Virus record (IMG/VR): IMGVR_UViG_3300025011_000030
Coordinates: 21,651-85,650 of that record
Direction: 5' to 3' (one strand)
Length of the DNA stretch: 64,000 bases
Origin: a virus
Positions 55,766 through 64,000 of the stretch are shown in pieces; within the stretch, counting starts at the first letter, position 1, and each line of letters begins with the position of its first letter. The translations under genes and the position numbers were made by a program. The notes beneath the pieces were generated by a model, which saw only the letters and a list, made by a program, of their open reading frames with translations, made no database searches and was not told the origin of the DNA.

Positions 55766-56836
55766 ATGTCGTTGTTTATTAGTAAGCGCACAGGTAAAGA
55801 AGTATCAGTTGTTAATTCGGAAGGTCAAAATGTTACAATCAGTGAAAACGGTGTTGAAAAGACTATTACGGCAAGCTCATTCAAACGTTGGTATAAAGCC
55901 GTTGAAGAGGCGAAGGAGGAATCTACCGTGAACACTGTGACAGAAGCTGAACAGTTAAACGAGGCGAACGAAGTTACTGAACCGGCGAACGAAGTTATTC
56001 GTAACGAATCAACTGCTGAAGATACTTCAAAAACCGATACTGAATCCGTTGATATACCTTCGGCACCTGCTGTACCTCCCACTGAGTTAACTGACGAGGA
56101 AAAGGCCGCTGCGAAAGCTAAGAAAGAAGAGGAAAAGGCCGCTGCGAAAGCTAAGAAAGAAGAGGAAAAGGCCGCTGCCAAATTAGCTAAGGAAGTAGAG
56201 GAAAAGGCCAAAACAGAACAAGCCAAGCAAACGTTACAAAGTCAGTCTGAGCTTGAAATTAAGCTAATTTCCAGTGAACCGTTAGTAAGTCCTAGCGGCG
56301 TTCGCCATGTAGTACAAAAAATAGCTTTGGGCCCTGAACATGTTATTGAACTGAAATCACAGTTAGGTTTTATTCATGTCGTCAAGTTACTTGACAAGGA
56401 AGGTAACTTAGTTTACAAGAGTCCTAAGTCTAGCTTACGCGGTTTATTTAGCTTCATTGGTGCGCCGGCAGAAACAATCAAAGAACTTGTCAGTGCAATT
56501 TCTAAAGTCCGTAAAGCAGCCGAAGCTGAAATGGCTCTTACTCCGGAACAGGCTGAGCAGTTAGAAGCTAAGCGTCAGGCGACTAAAGCCAAAAAAGCAG
56601 AGGAAAATGCTAAGAAGGAAGCTGAAAAAGCGCAGAAGGCTAAAGAAAAAGCCGCAGCGAAAGCCAAAAAAGACGCAGAAAAGGCCGCAGCGAAGTTGGC
56701 TAAAGAGGCAGAGGAAAAGGCTAAGAAAGAAGCTGACGATGCTGCCGCGAAATTGGCTGCCAAAGAAACTACTCAGGCAACAAAAACCGAAACCGAAACT
56801 GATTCAACCACAGGTACACAGACAGACGTATTTTAA
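55766..56836 (+). CDS. Hypothetical protein, paralog of 12211..12897, with Lys/Ala/Glu-rich repeats
   Basis: SKRTG..ASSFKRWYK; IELKSQLGFIHVVKLLDKEGNL; 33-bp tandem repeat at 56096-56178. Confidence 0.8.
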   Translation: MSLFISKRTGKEVSVVNSEGQNVTISENGVEKTITASSFKRWYKAVEEAKEESTVNTVTEAEQLNEANEVTEPANEVIRNESTAEDTSKTDTESVDIPSAPAVPPTELTDEEKAAAKAKKEEEKAAAKAKKEEEKAAAKLAKEVEEKAKTEQAKQTLQSQSELEIKLISSEPLVSPSGVRHVVQKIALGPEHVIELKSQLGFIHVVKLLDKEGNLVYKSPKSSLRGLFSFIGAPAETIKELVSAISKVRKAAEAEMALTPEQAEQLEAKRQATKAKKAEENAKKEAEKAQKAKEKAAAKAKKDAEKAAAKLAKEAEEKAKKEADDAAAKLAAKETTQATKTETETDSTTGTQTDVF

Positions 56837-56886
56837 TGACATGCAAAAACCAGTCTTATATGCTGGTTTTTTTTATTCAACAGGTA

Positions 56887-56915
56887 TTGTATATTATATA
56901 TTAATATGTTATTAT
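56887..56915 (+). promoter_or_regulatory. Sigma-A promoter with operator-like spacer
   Basis: TTGTAT-N17-TATTAT with extended TG. Confidence 0.65.
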
Positions 56916-56954
56916 ATTTGTGAGGGCAACGACCCTACAAAGGAGGTCAATTAA

Positions 56955-58664
56955 ATGGTAAACGTACAACTTCGTAAAGCTAATAAGCTAAAAGCTCCCG
57001 AAGCTTTATTCGTTAATTTTCCGTACGACATGCAAAAGGTCGAAAAAATTAAGTCACTGCCGGTACGGTTTTATGACCCAGGCACTAAGTCGTGGGAAGT
57101 GCCTGTACACGAAATTAATGACGTGATTCAACTGTTCGACGGTGAGCGATTAACTATTACCGGGAAAGTAACTACCAAATGTAAGAGTGCTTCAGTAGCT
57201 CAACCGACTGTAGTAGTTCCGTTGAATACGACTAAGATTGAAAAGCTTATCAGCGAGCACCCATTCAAAGTTAAACCGTTTGATCATCAGTTAGAAGGTT
57301 TCCGTCATGCATTAAGTACTCCCAAATTCCTACTCGGCGACGAACAAGGTTTAGGAAAAAGTATGCAGGCTATTCATACAGCGATCGCCCGTAAAAACGA
57401 ATTCAAATACTGCTTGGTTATTTGCGGAGTTAATACGTTGAAATGGAACTGGATGGAGGAAATAAAAATACATAGTAACGAAAACGGTCATATCATAGGT
57501 AGTAAGCGCGACAGCCGAGGCCGAATTCAGGACGGTTCTGTAAAAGAGCGAGTCGCCGATTTAGACCGTGATATCCCGGCACTGTTTTTAATCACTAACA
57601 TCGAAACATTAAGGAACGTTAAAATACAGGAAAAACTGAAGCAGATGTGCGACGACGGCATTATAGGAATGGTTATATTCGACGAGTGCCATGCTTCTAA
57701 GAACCCAACGTCACAGCAGGGCAAAGCTATTCACAAGTTAAATGCTACTTACAAAATGGCAATGACCGGCACTCCGTTAATGAACAACCCGATGGATTTA
57801 TATAATTTGTTAAAATGGCTTGGAGCTGAAACCCATAATTTTTACCAGTTTAGAGCTCGTTACTGTATAATGGGTGGTTACGAGGGTCGTGAAATAGTAG
57901 GTTATAAGAACATGAACGAGTTAAGAGACAGAGTATCTGCTGTTATGTTACGTCGTAAAAAAGATGAAGTACTTAACTTACCTCCTAAAATTAAGACCAC
58001 CGAATACGTTGAAATGACAGCTAAGCAGGCCCAGCTATACCGCGAGGTCAAAGAAGTAATCATGCAGAATATTGACGAAGTAGTTTTAAGCGATAACCCA
58101 TTGGCACAGTTGTTAAGACTTCGCCAAGTAACCGGGCATACCAGTATATTAAGTCAAAAAATTAGCGAATCGGCTAAAATGGATAGGCTTAAAGAACTTG
58201 TTCAGGAAGTAACTGAAAGTGGTGGTAAGGTTATTGTGTTTAGTAACTGGACTCAAATAACCAACATTATTGAAAAGGAGTTAGCTAGTTATAACCCGGC
58301 CGTGATCACAGGTGAAATTAAAGACAGGCAGGGAATGGTTAATAAATTCCAAAACGACCCAACTTGTAAAGTCATTGTCGGCACAGTAGGTGCAATGGGC
58401 ACAGGTTTAACATTAACTGCAGCTAATACAGTTATATTTATTGATAAGCCTTGGAACCCTGCCCGCACAGAGCAATCCGAAGATAGAGCGCATAGAATTG
58501 GAACTACAGGCACGGTCAGTATTATCAGCCTCGTAACCCGCGATACTATTGACGAAAGGATTGAAGAAATTTTAGTTGAAAAAGGTGATTTAGTAGAAGC
58601 TCTTATTGAAGGTAAAATGAACAAACTAAGTAAAAAAGAGTTGGTTGACCGCCTGTTAAGTTAA
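56955..58664 (+). CDS. SNF2-family helicase with HARP-like N-terminal domain
   Basis: FPYD..KIKSLP.RFYDP.TKSWEV; DEQGLGKS, DECH, TGTP, QSEDRAHRIG. Confidence 0.92.
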   Translation: MVNVQLRKANKLKAPEALFVNFPYDMQKVEKIKSLPVRFYDPGTKSWEVPVHEINDVIQLFDGERLTITGKVTTKCKSASVAQPTVVVPLNTTKIEKLISEHPFKVKPFDHQLEGFRHALSTPKFLLGDEQGLGKSMQAIHTAIARKNEFKYCLVICGVNTLKWNWMEEIKIHSNENGHIIGSKRDSRGRIQDGSVKERVADLDRDIPALFLITNIETLRNVKIQEKLKQMCDDGIIGMVIFDECHASKNPTSQQGKAIHKLNATYKMAMTGTPLMNNPMDLYNLLKWLGAETHNFYQFRARYCIMGGYEGREIVGYKNMNELRDRVSAVMLRRKKDEVLNLPPKIKTTEYVEMTAKQAQLYREVKEVIMQNIDEVVLSDNPLAQLLRLRQVTGHTSILSQKISESAKMDRLKELVQEVTESGGKVIVFSNWTQITNIIEKELASYNPAVITGEIKDRQGMVNKFQNDPTCKVIVGTVGAMGTGLTLTAANTVIFIDKPWNPARTEQSEDRAHRIGTTGTVSIISLVTRDTIDERIEEILVEKGDLVEALIEGKMNKLSKKELVDRLLS

Positions 58665-58691
58665 GGCGGTCTTCGCCTTTTACAAAAGTAT

Positions 58692-58973
58692 GTGCGGAGG
58701 TTATCTATTGTGCAGCAAATTAAAAGCAATCTTCAACAAGTACTGAATGACCTAAGAAACATTGTTAATTTAGCTCAAAAGAAAGACATTGACGAAGAGC
58801 TAATTATTCAACTTAAAGCTTGTTGGGCTGACATTGCATGGGTTAATAAAAATTTAAACTTAACCGAGTGCCGTAAATGCTTTCACGACGACCAATTCAG
58901 TAACGAATGTAATGACTGTAGCAAGGGCAGCCGTTTTAAAGTTAAGGAGGAACATATTCATGAAACAAATTAA
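58692..58973 (+). CDS. Hypothetical protein with CxxC..CxxC
   Basis: ORF with GGAGG. Confidence 0.5.
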   Translation: MRRLSIVQQIKSNLQQVLNDLRNIVNLAQKKDIDEELIIQLKACWADIAWVNKNLNLTECRKCFHDDQFSNECNDCSKGSRFKVKEEHIHETN

Positions 58974-59295
58974 CGGAATTAATTACTTGAGAATCGGTGA
59001 GGTTGCTAAGATAATTGACAGAACTGTGATTACAATTAAGAACTGGTACGCTTGGGCCGAATCCCAGTCAGCAGCTATTCAGGCAGCTAACCCATTACCT
59101 GAAATTTGTATTTTAGATGTTAGAGGTACACGGTATTTCGCAGAAACTGACATCCCTATGTTAATTGAATTTAGGGACAACATTGTACCCGGCTCGTTAA
59201 GCGATTTCAATGTTACCTTATGGGGGCAAAGAGGCAAAAGCATATTAGAACGCGGTACCGGCAAAACTAAACAGCTACAGGCCGAAACTAAATAA
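58960..59295 (+). CDS. MerR-like HTH DNA-binding protein
   Basis: LRIGEVAKIIDRTVITIKNW..RGTRYF. Confidence 0.75.
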   Translation: MKQINGINYLRIGEVAKIIDRTVITIKNWYAWAESQSAAIQAANPLPEICILDVRGTRYFAETDIPMLIEFRDNIVPGSLSDFNVTLWGQRGKSILERGTGKTKQLQAETK

Positions 59296-59370
59296 CTCAG
59301 TGCCCTACTTAAAAAGTAGGGCCTTACTTTTTATATAATCAACTGAATAACATTGAAGGAGGTTTCTATT

Positions 59371-59850
59371 ATAGCTATTGTTATTGATAAAGAAGATGTT
59401 AAAAGTATGCCGGCAACTAATTCAGTTGAAACGGTTGCAGTGAAAATCGCTTCACCACCGTCAGTAGTATTAAGTGCATCAGTCCTTTCGAGGTATATTG
59501 ACTTAAAGTCTCGGGAAAAAGTATTAAAGGTTGACATTGATGTACTAAACAAGGGAATTAAGGCCGTGATGAAAGAAAAAGATCTTGCACGTTTCGAGGA
59601 CGGTCAGTTTATAGCCACTTATAGTACATCGTGCAAAGCTGTACCGGACGAAGAAAAAATGATTGCAAGGTTGAAAGAATTAGGCTTTACTGAAGCCATT
59701 AAAATCAAAGAAGTAGTTGATGCCGAAGTGGTAGAGAGCTTGATGTATCACGGAAAGATTACTGCAGCTGAAATGGCTGACTGTGTATCCGAGGGGCCGC
59801 CGGTAGCGACTTTGCGGGTAACTCGTAAAAAAGAAAAGAAAGGAACATAA
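59371..59850 (+). CDS. Conserved phage replication-region protein
   Basis: AAGGAGG RBS followed by ATA/ATT; continuous ORF. Confidence 0.6.
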   Translation: MAIVIDKEDVKSMPATNSVETVAVKIASPPSVVLSASVLSRYIDLKSREKVLKVDIDVLNKGIKAVMKEKDLARFEDGQFIATYSTSCKAVPDEEKMIARLKELGFTEAIKIKEVVDAEVVESLMYHGKITAAEMADCVSEGPPVATLRVTRKKEKKGT

Positions 59851-59851
59851 T

Positions 59852-60064
59852 ATGGCAACAGTCGTTGAGTTTAAAAGTGAAATTGGCGTCAGTGTAGAAA
59901 TTGAAGGAACATGGTATAAATTTAACTGTGGTTTGGTAGTTAAACCGGACAAAGGTGATAACATGGAAGAAGTCAAGAAAAAGGCTTGGAACACCGTCGA
60001 GTCCGAAATTTCCAAACAGGTTAAAGAACAGCTTGCAGCACTGAAGGAAGCTGCGAAAAAGTAA
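59852..60064 (+). CDS. Hypothetical protein
   Basis: 70-aa ORF coupled to the previous gene. Confidence 0.6.
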   Translation: MATVVEFKSEIGVSVEIEGTWYKFNCGLVVKPDKGDNMEEVKKKAWNTVESEISKQVKEQLAALKEAAKK

Positions 60065-60108
60065 GGGCGTTTGCCCTTACTTTTTTCTACATAGAGGGAG
60101 GTTAATTA

Positions 60109-60489
60109 ATGTCGAGTTTAGCTATACAAGAAAATAGTTCAAGCTACTATATGGTTAGCGACTTTAATTCAATGGGTATCACTCATTATATATTACCCAG
60201 TCGTTTATTAGCTGTTCAGGCTTATGCTAAATGTGAATTTGTACCGTCATTTACTGCCAGAGTATTCTACAGTATGTTATTGTACGAATTGTCTACATTC
60301 GCAGAACAACTAAATTGGCGTCGTGACGGTTATTTGTACGTTAAGCGCAACCACGAAAGTATTACACGTGATTTAGGGTTAGAATTGGCCGAAATTGAAT
60401 TGGCCGTTGAGGAACTCACTAAATTAAATCTTCTAATGGAATACAAAAGGACTGACGGTAACTTTTACTTTTTAGGTCGCTTGAAGTAG
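60109..60489 (+). CDS. RepA_N-like winged-helix protein (short paralog of the next gene)
   Basis: ARVFYSMLL..NW..DGYLYV....I..DLGL....AVEEL.KLNLL. Confidence 0.55.
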   Translation: MSSLAIQENSSSYYMVSDFNSMGITHYILPSRLLAVQAYAKCEFVPSFTARVFYSMLLYELSTFAEQLNWRRDGYLYVKRNHESITRDLGLELAEIELAVEELTKLNLLMEYKRTDGNFYFLGRLK

Positions 60490-60512
60490 CTAAATTTAAA
60501 CGTGTTAGGAGG

Positions 60513-61589
60513 TTGTGCTTTAAAATGCTTAAACTGCCGGACGATATTGTATTACCTGAAAATTTGAACTATTTTAAAGATACCGATCAACTTTACGAAC
60601 AGTATATTAAGTTTCCAAAGGACTTATTATGTAACCCTAATTATCCTAAACTAACTTCGCACGCTAAACTTATTTACATGTTACTACTTGAGCGAGTAGC
60701 TCTATCCGTATTAAACGGGTGGGTTTATAAAGATGGAATTGTGTACGTTATCTACCAAAAACAAGAGCTTGCCAACATTTTAGAACTATCTTACGATACA
60801 ATAACAAAGACATTTAAGGAACTTGAAAAGCATCAGCTAATCTACCAACATAAGCTAAAATCAGGTTCTCCTAACGTACTTTTTTTAGCTAAACTACAAA
60901 GTTCAAAAAATGTAACATCTATGGACTGTCCTGCAACATCCGGGACAGTATCCCGTAACATTATGGATACTGTCCTGCAACATCCGGGACAGTATCCCGT
61001 AACATCAGTAACAAGTAACCTTAATAATAAACCTTTAGTTAATACTATTAATTTAAATAATAAAAACATTTCTGCTACCGCAGGAAATAAAAACATTTTA
61101 AACCAAACTACTTTGTTTAATAAACCTCAAACAGTTCCAATCAGTAATCTTTCTAAGTATGAACAAATATCGGTTGACCATATAGCTCATGCCCGACAAA
61201 CAGGTGATTGGTCGGCTGTTACTTTTAGGGATCTTACTTACTACTATGCGGCGCAGCATTTGAAAATTCTTAATGTGGTTATAAGTATTGATTTTCGTAA
61301 CGATGTAGGTAAAATTCGTGACTTTATAAATTTATATAATATAGCAATACCTGATGTGTGTTATTACATTGACCAGCTCCTTGAAAAGTACAGTAAAAAA
61401 GCTGACAGGTCAAAGGTACTACTGCCAGGAGCACTAAAGGTAGAATCTTTGACAAAAATATTTATAAAGTCGATTCGCAGTACATTAGAACGGGAACAGC
61501 GAGATAAGCAGTTTGAACTTGAAACCGAAGCATATTATAAAACACTTACTCCGGAACAATTAGACAGAGCGTTAAATGAAGTTTACTAG
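60513..61589 (+). CDS. Replication initiator with RepA_N domain
   Basis: KFPKDL..NPNY..L..HAKLIYMLLLER..LS..NGW..KDG.VYVIY; internal iterons. Confidence 0.8.
   Translation: MCFKMLKLPDDIVLPENLNYFKDTDQLYEQYIKFPKDLLCNPNYPKLTSHAKLIYMLLLERVALSVLNGWVYKDGIVYVIYQKQELANILELSYDTITKTFKELEKHQLIYQHKLKSGSPNVLFLAKLQSSKNVTSMDCPATSGTVSRNIMDTVLQHPGQYPVTSVTSNLNNKPLVNTINLNNKNISATAGNKNILNQTTLFNKPQTVPISNLSKYEQISVDHIAHARQTGDWSAVTFRDLTYYYAAQHLKILNVVISIDFRNDVGKIRDFINLYNIAIPDVCYYIDQLLEKYSKKADRSKVLLPGALKVESLTKIFIKSIRSTLEREQRDKQFELETEAYYKTLTPEQLDRALNEVY
60911..61100. other. Putative replication origin: iterons followed by an AT-rich tract
   Basis: Exact 37-bp direct repeat at 60925 and 60969; AACAT core every ~22 bp; AT-rich 61020-61100. 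Confidence 0.75.
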
Positions 61590-61602
61590 GATGTGATTCA
61601 TT

Positions 61603-62277
61603 TTGAACAAATGTCAGGCCGAAACATACTGTAAAAGTTACCCGGCTAAGTGCGACCGTTACTGTGTTGGATATGTACAAATGTATAATATTTATTCAAT
61701 GAGTAACATCCCGGTGCGCTACCAGTACGAAATCCCGTTGACCAAGCCAGGTAAAGATCAGGACGTTTACTTGTCATTAGCTGAATATCGCCGAAATGTT
61801 TTAGCAAACGTTAGATCAGGCCGAGGGTTGTTCTTATACGGTAAATGCAAGGGCAACGGTAAAACGACTTGGGCCTGTAAAATAATGAACGAGTATTTCA
61901 GGCATGTAGCATTGAAAAATAACCTCCGGTGCCGCGGGCTGTTTGTTAGTGTACCTCAATTTTTACAAAGTATACGTGACTCTATGGACAGTAAAGATTT
62001 AAGTATTCACGATTTTATGGATAACATACTTAGTGCAGACTTAGTGATATGGGACGACATAGGTGCAGAAAAGTCTAGCGAATGGGTTCGTGAAAGGTTA
62101 TTGTCCTTTATCAACTACCGGGAAGCTAATGGCCGATGTCAAATTTATACTAGCAATTTACCGCTGACTGAATTAGTATTAGACGAATGTTTAGGTGAAC
62201 GAGTGGTCAGTCGTATTAAGGGTCAGTGCCATATTCTTGAATTTAAAGGTGCCGATAGACGAGGTGTATGCGAATGA
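61603..62277 (+). CDS. DnaC/IstB-like helicase loader
   Basis: GNGKTT, WDDIGAEK.SEWV.ERL, TSNL, SRI. Confidence 0.88.
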   Translation: MNKCQAETYCKSYPAKCDRYCVGYVQMYNIYSMSNIPVRYQYEIPLTKPGKDQDVYLSLAEYRRNVLANVRSGRGLFLYGKCKGNGKTTWACKIMNEYFRHVALKNNLRCRGLFVSVPQFLQSIRDSMDSKDLSIHDFMDNILSADLVIWDDIGAEKSSEWVRERLLSFINYREANGRCQIYTSNLPLTELVLDECLGERVVSRIKGQCHILEFKGADRRGVCE

Positions 62278-63620
62278 TTGAACTACAGGTATTAAACAAG
62301 CTTATAAAAGATAAATCTACGATGCTGGTTAGACAGCACGGTATTGGAGTAGAGCATTTCATAACGTATAAAACTGAAGTTGAGTTTTTGTTTGATCATT
62401 ACGAGAAGTATGGTACGATCCCGGACAGAGAAACAGTCGCTGACAAGTTTAACGACTTTCAATTTATTGATGTCAATGAAACCGACAAATATTTGATTGA
62501 ACGACTTCAAGAGCAATATACTTATTCAATGATGGTGCCGGTTGTACATAAGATTGCTGAGCTAGTACAAACAGATGCTAACAGTGCCGCCGTATATGCT
62601 CGTAATGCTATAAATGAGGTATTTCAATCCGTTGGGCAGTATAAGACAGGGTATGACCTAATTAGAAACGCTAAAGACCGCGCTATTGAGTATCAACATC
62701 GGCTAGATGTAAAAGGTTTATTGGGTATTAGCTCAGGGGTTGAACCTTTAGACAATATTTTGCACGGCTGGCTAGACGAGGATTTGATTGCAATTATTGG
62801 GAGGCCCAATCAAGGTAAATCGTGGCTACTTCAGTTTTTCCTTATGATAGCTTGGCGAAGCGGTAAAAGGGTTTTGATGTATAGCGGTGAAATGAGTAAA
62901 ATGATTGTAGGGTTTCGCTTTGATACGTTGAATGCTAACTTTAGCAACCTGGCATTAATGTGCGGAGTTCCTAATATAGGTACTATACAAGATCCCAAAG
63001 ATATGCAGCATTATGAGGAATACACTAATAACCTGTCTGCCGGTGAAGTGCCGTTTATTGTAGTAACGCCTCGGGATTTAGGCGGTAACAGGTTAGATAT
63101 ACCCACTTTACACGGCCTTATTGAAGTACATAAGCCTGACATCATTGGAATAGACCAAGTCAGCCTTATGGATGATTACAGGTCTAAGCGAAATGATAAC
63201 GATGCTACTAGAATAATGCGAGTTTCTCAAGATTTGTATGTTACGAGTGAAAAATACGGTATACCCATTTTAGCTCCAGGCCAAGCATTAAAATCCAAGG
63301 AAAGAGGTAAAAAGAGTAAAAAAGGTGATGAACAGCCGCCTCCGCAGCAGAATGTTGAAATGGATACTCCGGAGCTGGAAGATGCTTACGGTTCAGACGG
63401 GTTACCTCAAAACGCTACTCGTGTTCTAACAATACGGCAACACGATGTTACCCTTAAAATCTCAGTTAAAAAGAACCGTTACGGAGTAAATAACCAGGAC
63501 GTTTTGTTACTTTGGGACATAGATAAGGGAATAATGAAACCTTTTCTAAAAGTCGATAATAACAATAACGATACGGCATCAGGTATCGGTAACGTAGGTG
63601 CCGGAGAAGAATTATTTTAA
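62274..63620 (+). CDS. DnaB-like replicative helicase
   Basis: GRPNQGKS, SGEM, IDQVSLM, KNRYG. Confidence 0.9.
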   Translation: MIELQVLNKLIKDKSTMLVRQHGIGVEHFITYKTEVEFLFDHYEKYGTIPDRETVADKFNDFQFIDVNETDKYLIERLQEQYTYSMMVPVVHKIAELVQTDANSAAVYARNAINEVFQSVGQYKTGYDLIRNAKDRAIEYQHRLDVKGLLGISSGVEPLDNILHGWLDEDLIAIIGRPNQGKSWLLQFFLMIAWRSGKRVLMYSGEMSKMIVGFRFDTLNANFSNLALMCGVPNIGTIQDPKDMQHYEEYTNNLSAGEVPFIVVTPRDLGGNRLDIPTLHGLIEVHKPDIIGIDQVSLMDDYRSKRNDNDATRIMRVSQDLYVTSEKYGIPILAPGQALKSKERGKKSKKGDEQPPPQQNVEMDTPELEDAYGSDGLPQNATRVLTIRQHDVTLKISVKKNRYGVNNQDVLLLWDIDKGIMKPFLKVDNNNNDTASGIGNVGAGEELF

Positions 63621-63687
63621 TTTAGTAGGTATAAAAGCTCACTTAAAAAGTGGGCTTTTTTTATTATATAACAATTAAGTGAGGTGA

Positions 63688-64000
63688 GTGCTCTTGGAAC
63701 ACAACGTGAGTAAGCCAAATAAGCCTGTTAACTATATGACTCGGAAATTTACCGAGGAGTTGGTAAAAAATGAACGTAGAATGCATACTAAAGCTCTTTG
63801 TAATAGGCGCAGGTCATTTGCAAACAGTCTTATTCATGTTGTAGTTAGAGAGCATTATGCCGACGGTGAAATAGTTACTCCAGGGTGCAAAATTGACCGA
63901 CTTCAGGAATTGTGGGATTTAGGTGGTACAGGCATACGTTACGGTAACAATGACCTTCCAGTTAAAACCCACAAAAGGCCCTTTAAAAAAAAAAGCAATC
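63688..64000 (+). CDS. Hypothetical protein, runs off the window edge
   Basis: GAGGTG RBS after a promoter motif; frame open to 64000. Confidence 0.45.
   Translation, partial: MLLEHNVSKPNKPVNYMTRKFTEELVKNERRMHTKALCNRRRSFANSLIHVVVREHYADGEIVTPGCKIDRLQELWDLGGTGIRYGNNDLPVKTHKRPFKKKSN

Noticed and set aside
37096-58624. Long minus-strand ORFs (e.g. 37096..37725, 49161..49748, 55825..56226, 58289..58624)
   Set aside because: Antisense shadows of repetitive or biased + strand genes, without RBS or recognisable motifs

Overview
This window is 64 kb of a large tailed dsDNA phage or prophage. Almost all genes are on the + strand. Strong GGAGG ribosome-binding sites, sigma-A promoters, a SigH homolog and an anaerobic class III RNR point to an anaerobic, probably spore-forming Bacillota host. 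Gene order: (1) resolvase-like nuclease, complete DNA Pol III clamp loader (dnaX-holB-holA) and SigH-like sigma factor; (2) nucleotide metabolism (ThyA-family enzyme, dCMP deaminase, HD hydrolase, dNMP kinase, RNase HI, NrdD); (3) an accessory region of small, often Cys-rich ORFs with several broken genes and a DNA methyltransferase; (4) terminase, a ~290 bp inverted-repeat element, a Mu-like head module and a siphovirus-type tail with a -1 frameshift chaperone; (5) holins and amidase; (6) a pilin-like/VirB4-like ATPase mini-module; (7) SNF2 helicase and a RepA_N initiator with iterons, DnaC and DnaB. The main leads are: a tyrosine recombinase inside the tail operon, directly behind a tail-associated gene whose AT-rich C-terminal domain starts at an 'LTGS' junction (candidate domain-swapping cassette system); a ThyA with Asp at the dUMP/dCMP specificity position (candidate dCMP methylase); a conserved CTTAAAA...TATATA promoter family often built into terminator hairpins; and the minimal conjugation-like module. 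All protein family calls come from motif recognition by eye, with no database search. No tRNA, rRNA or CRISPR array was recognised.
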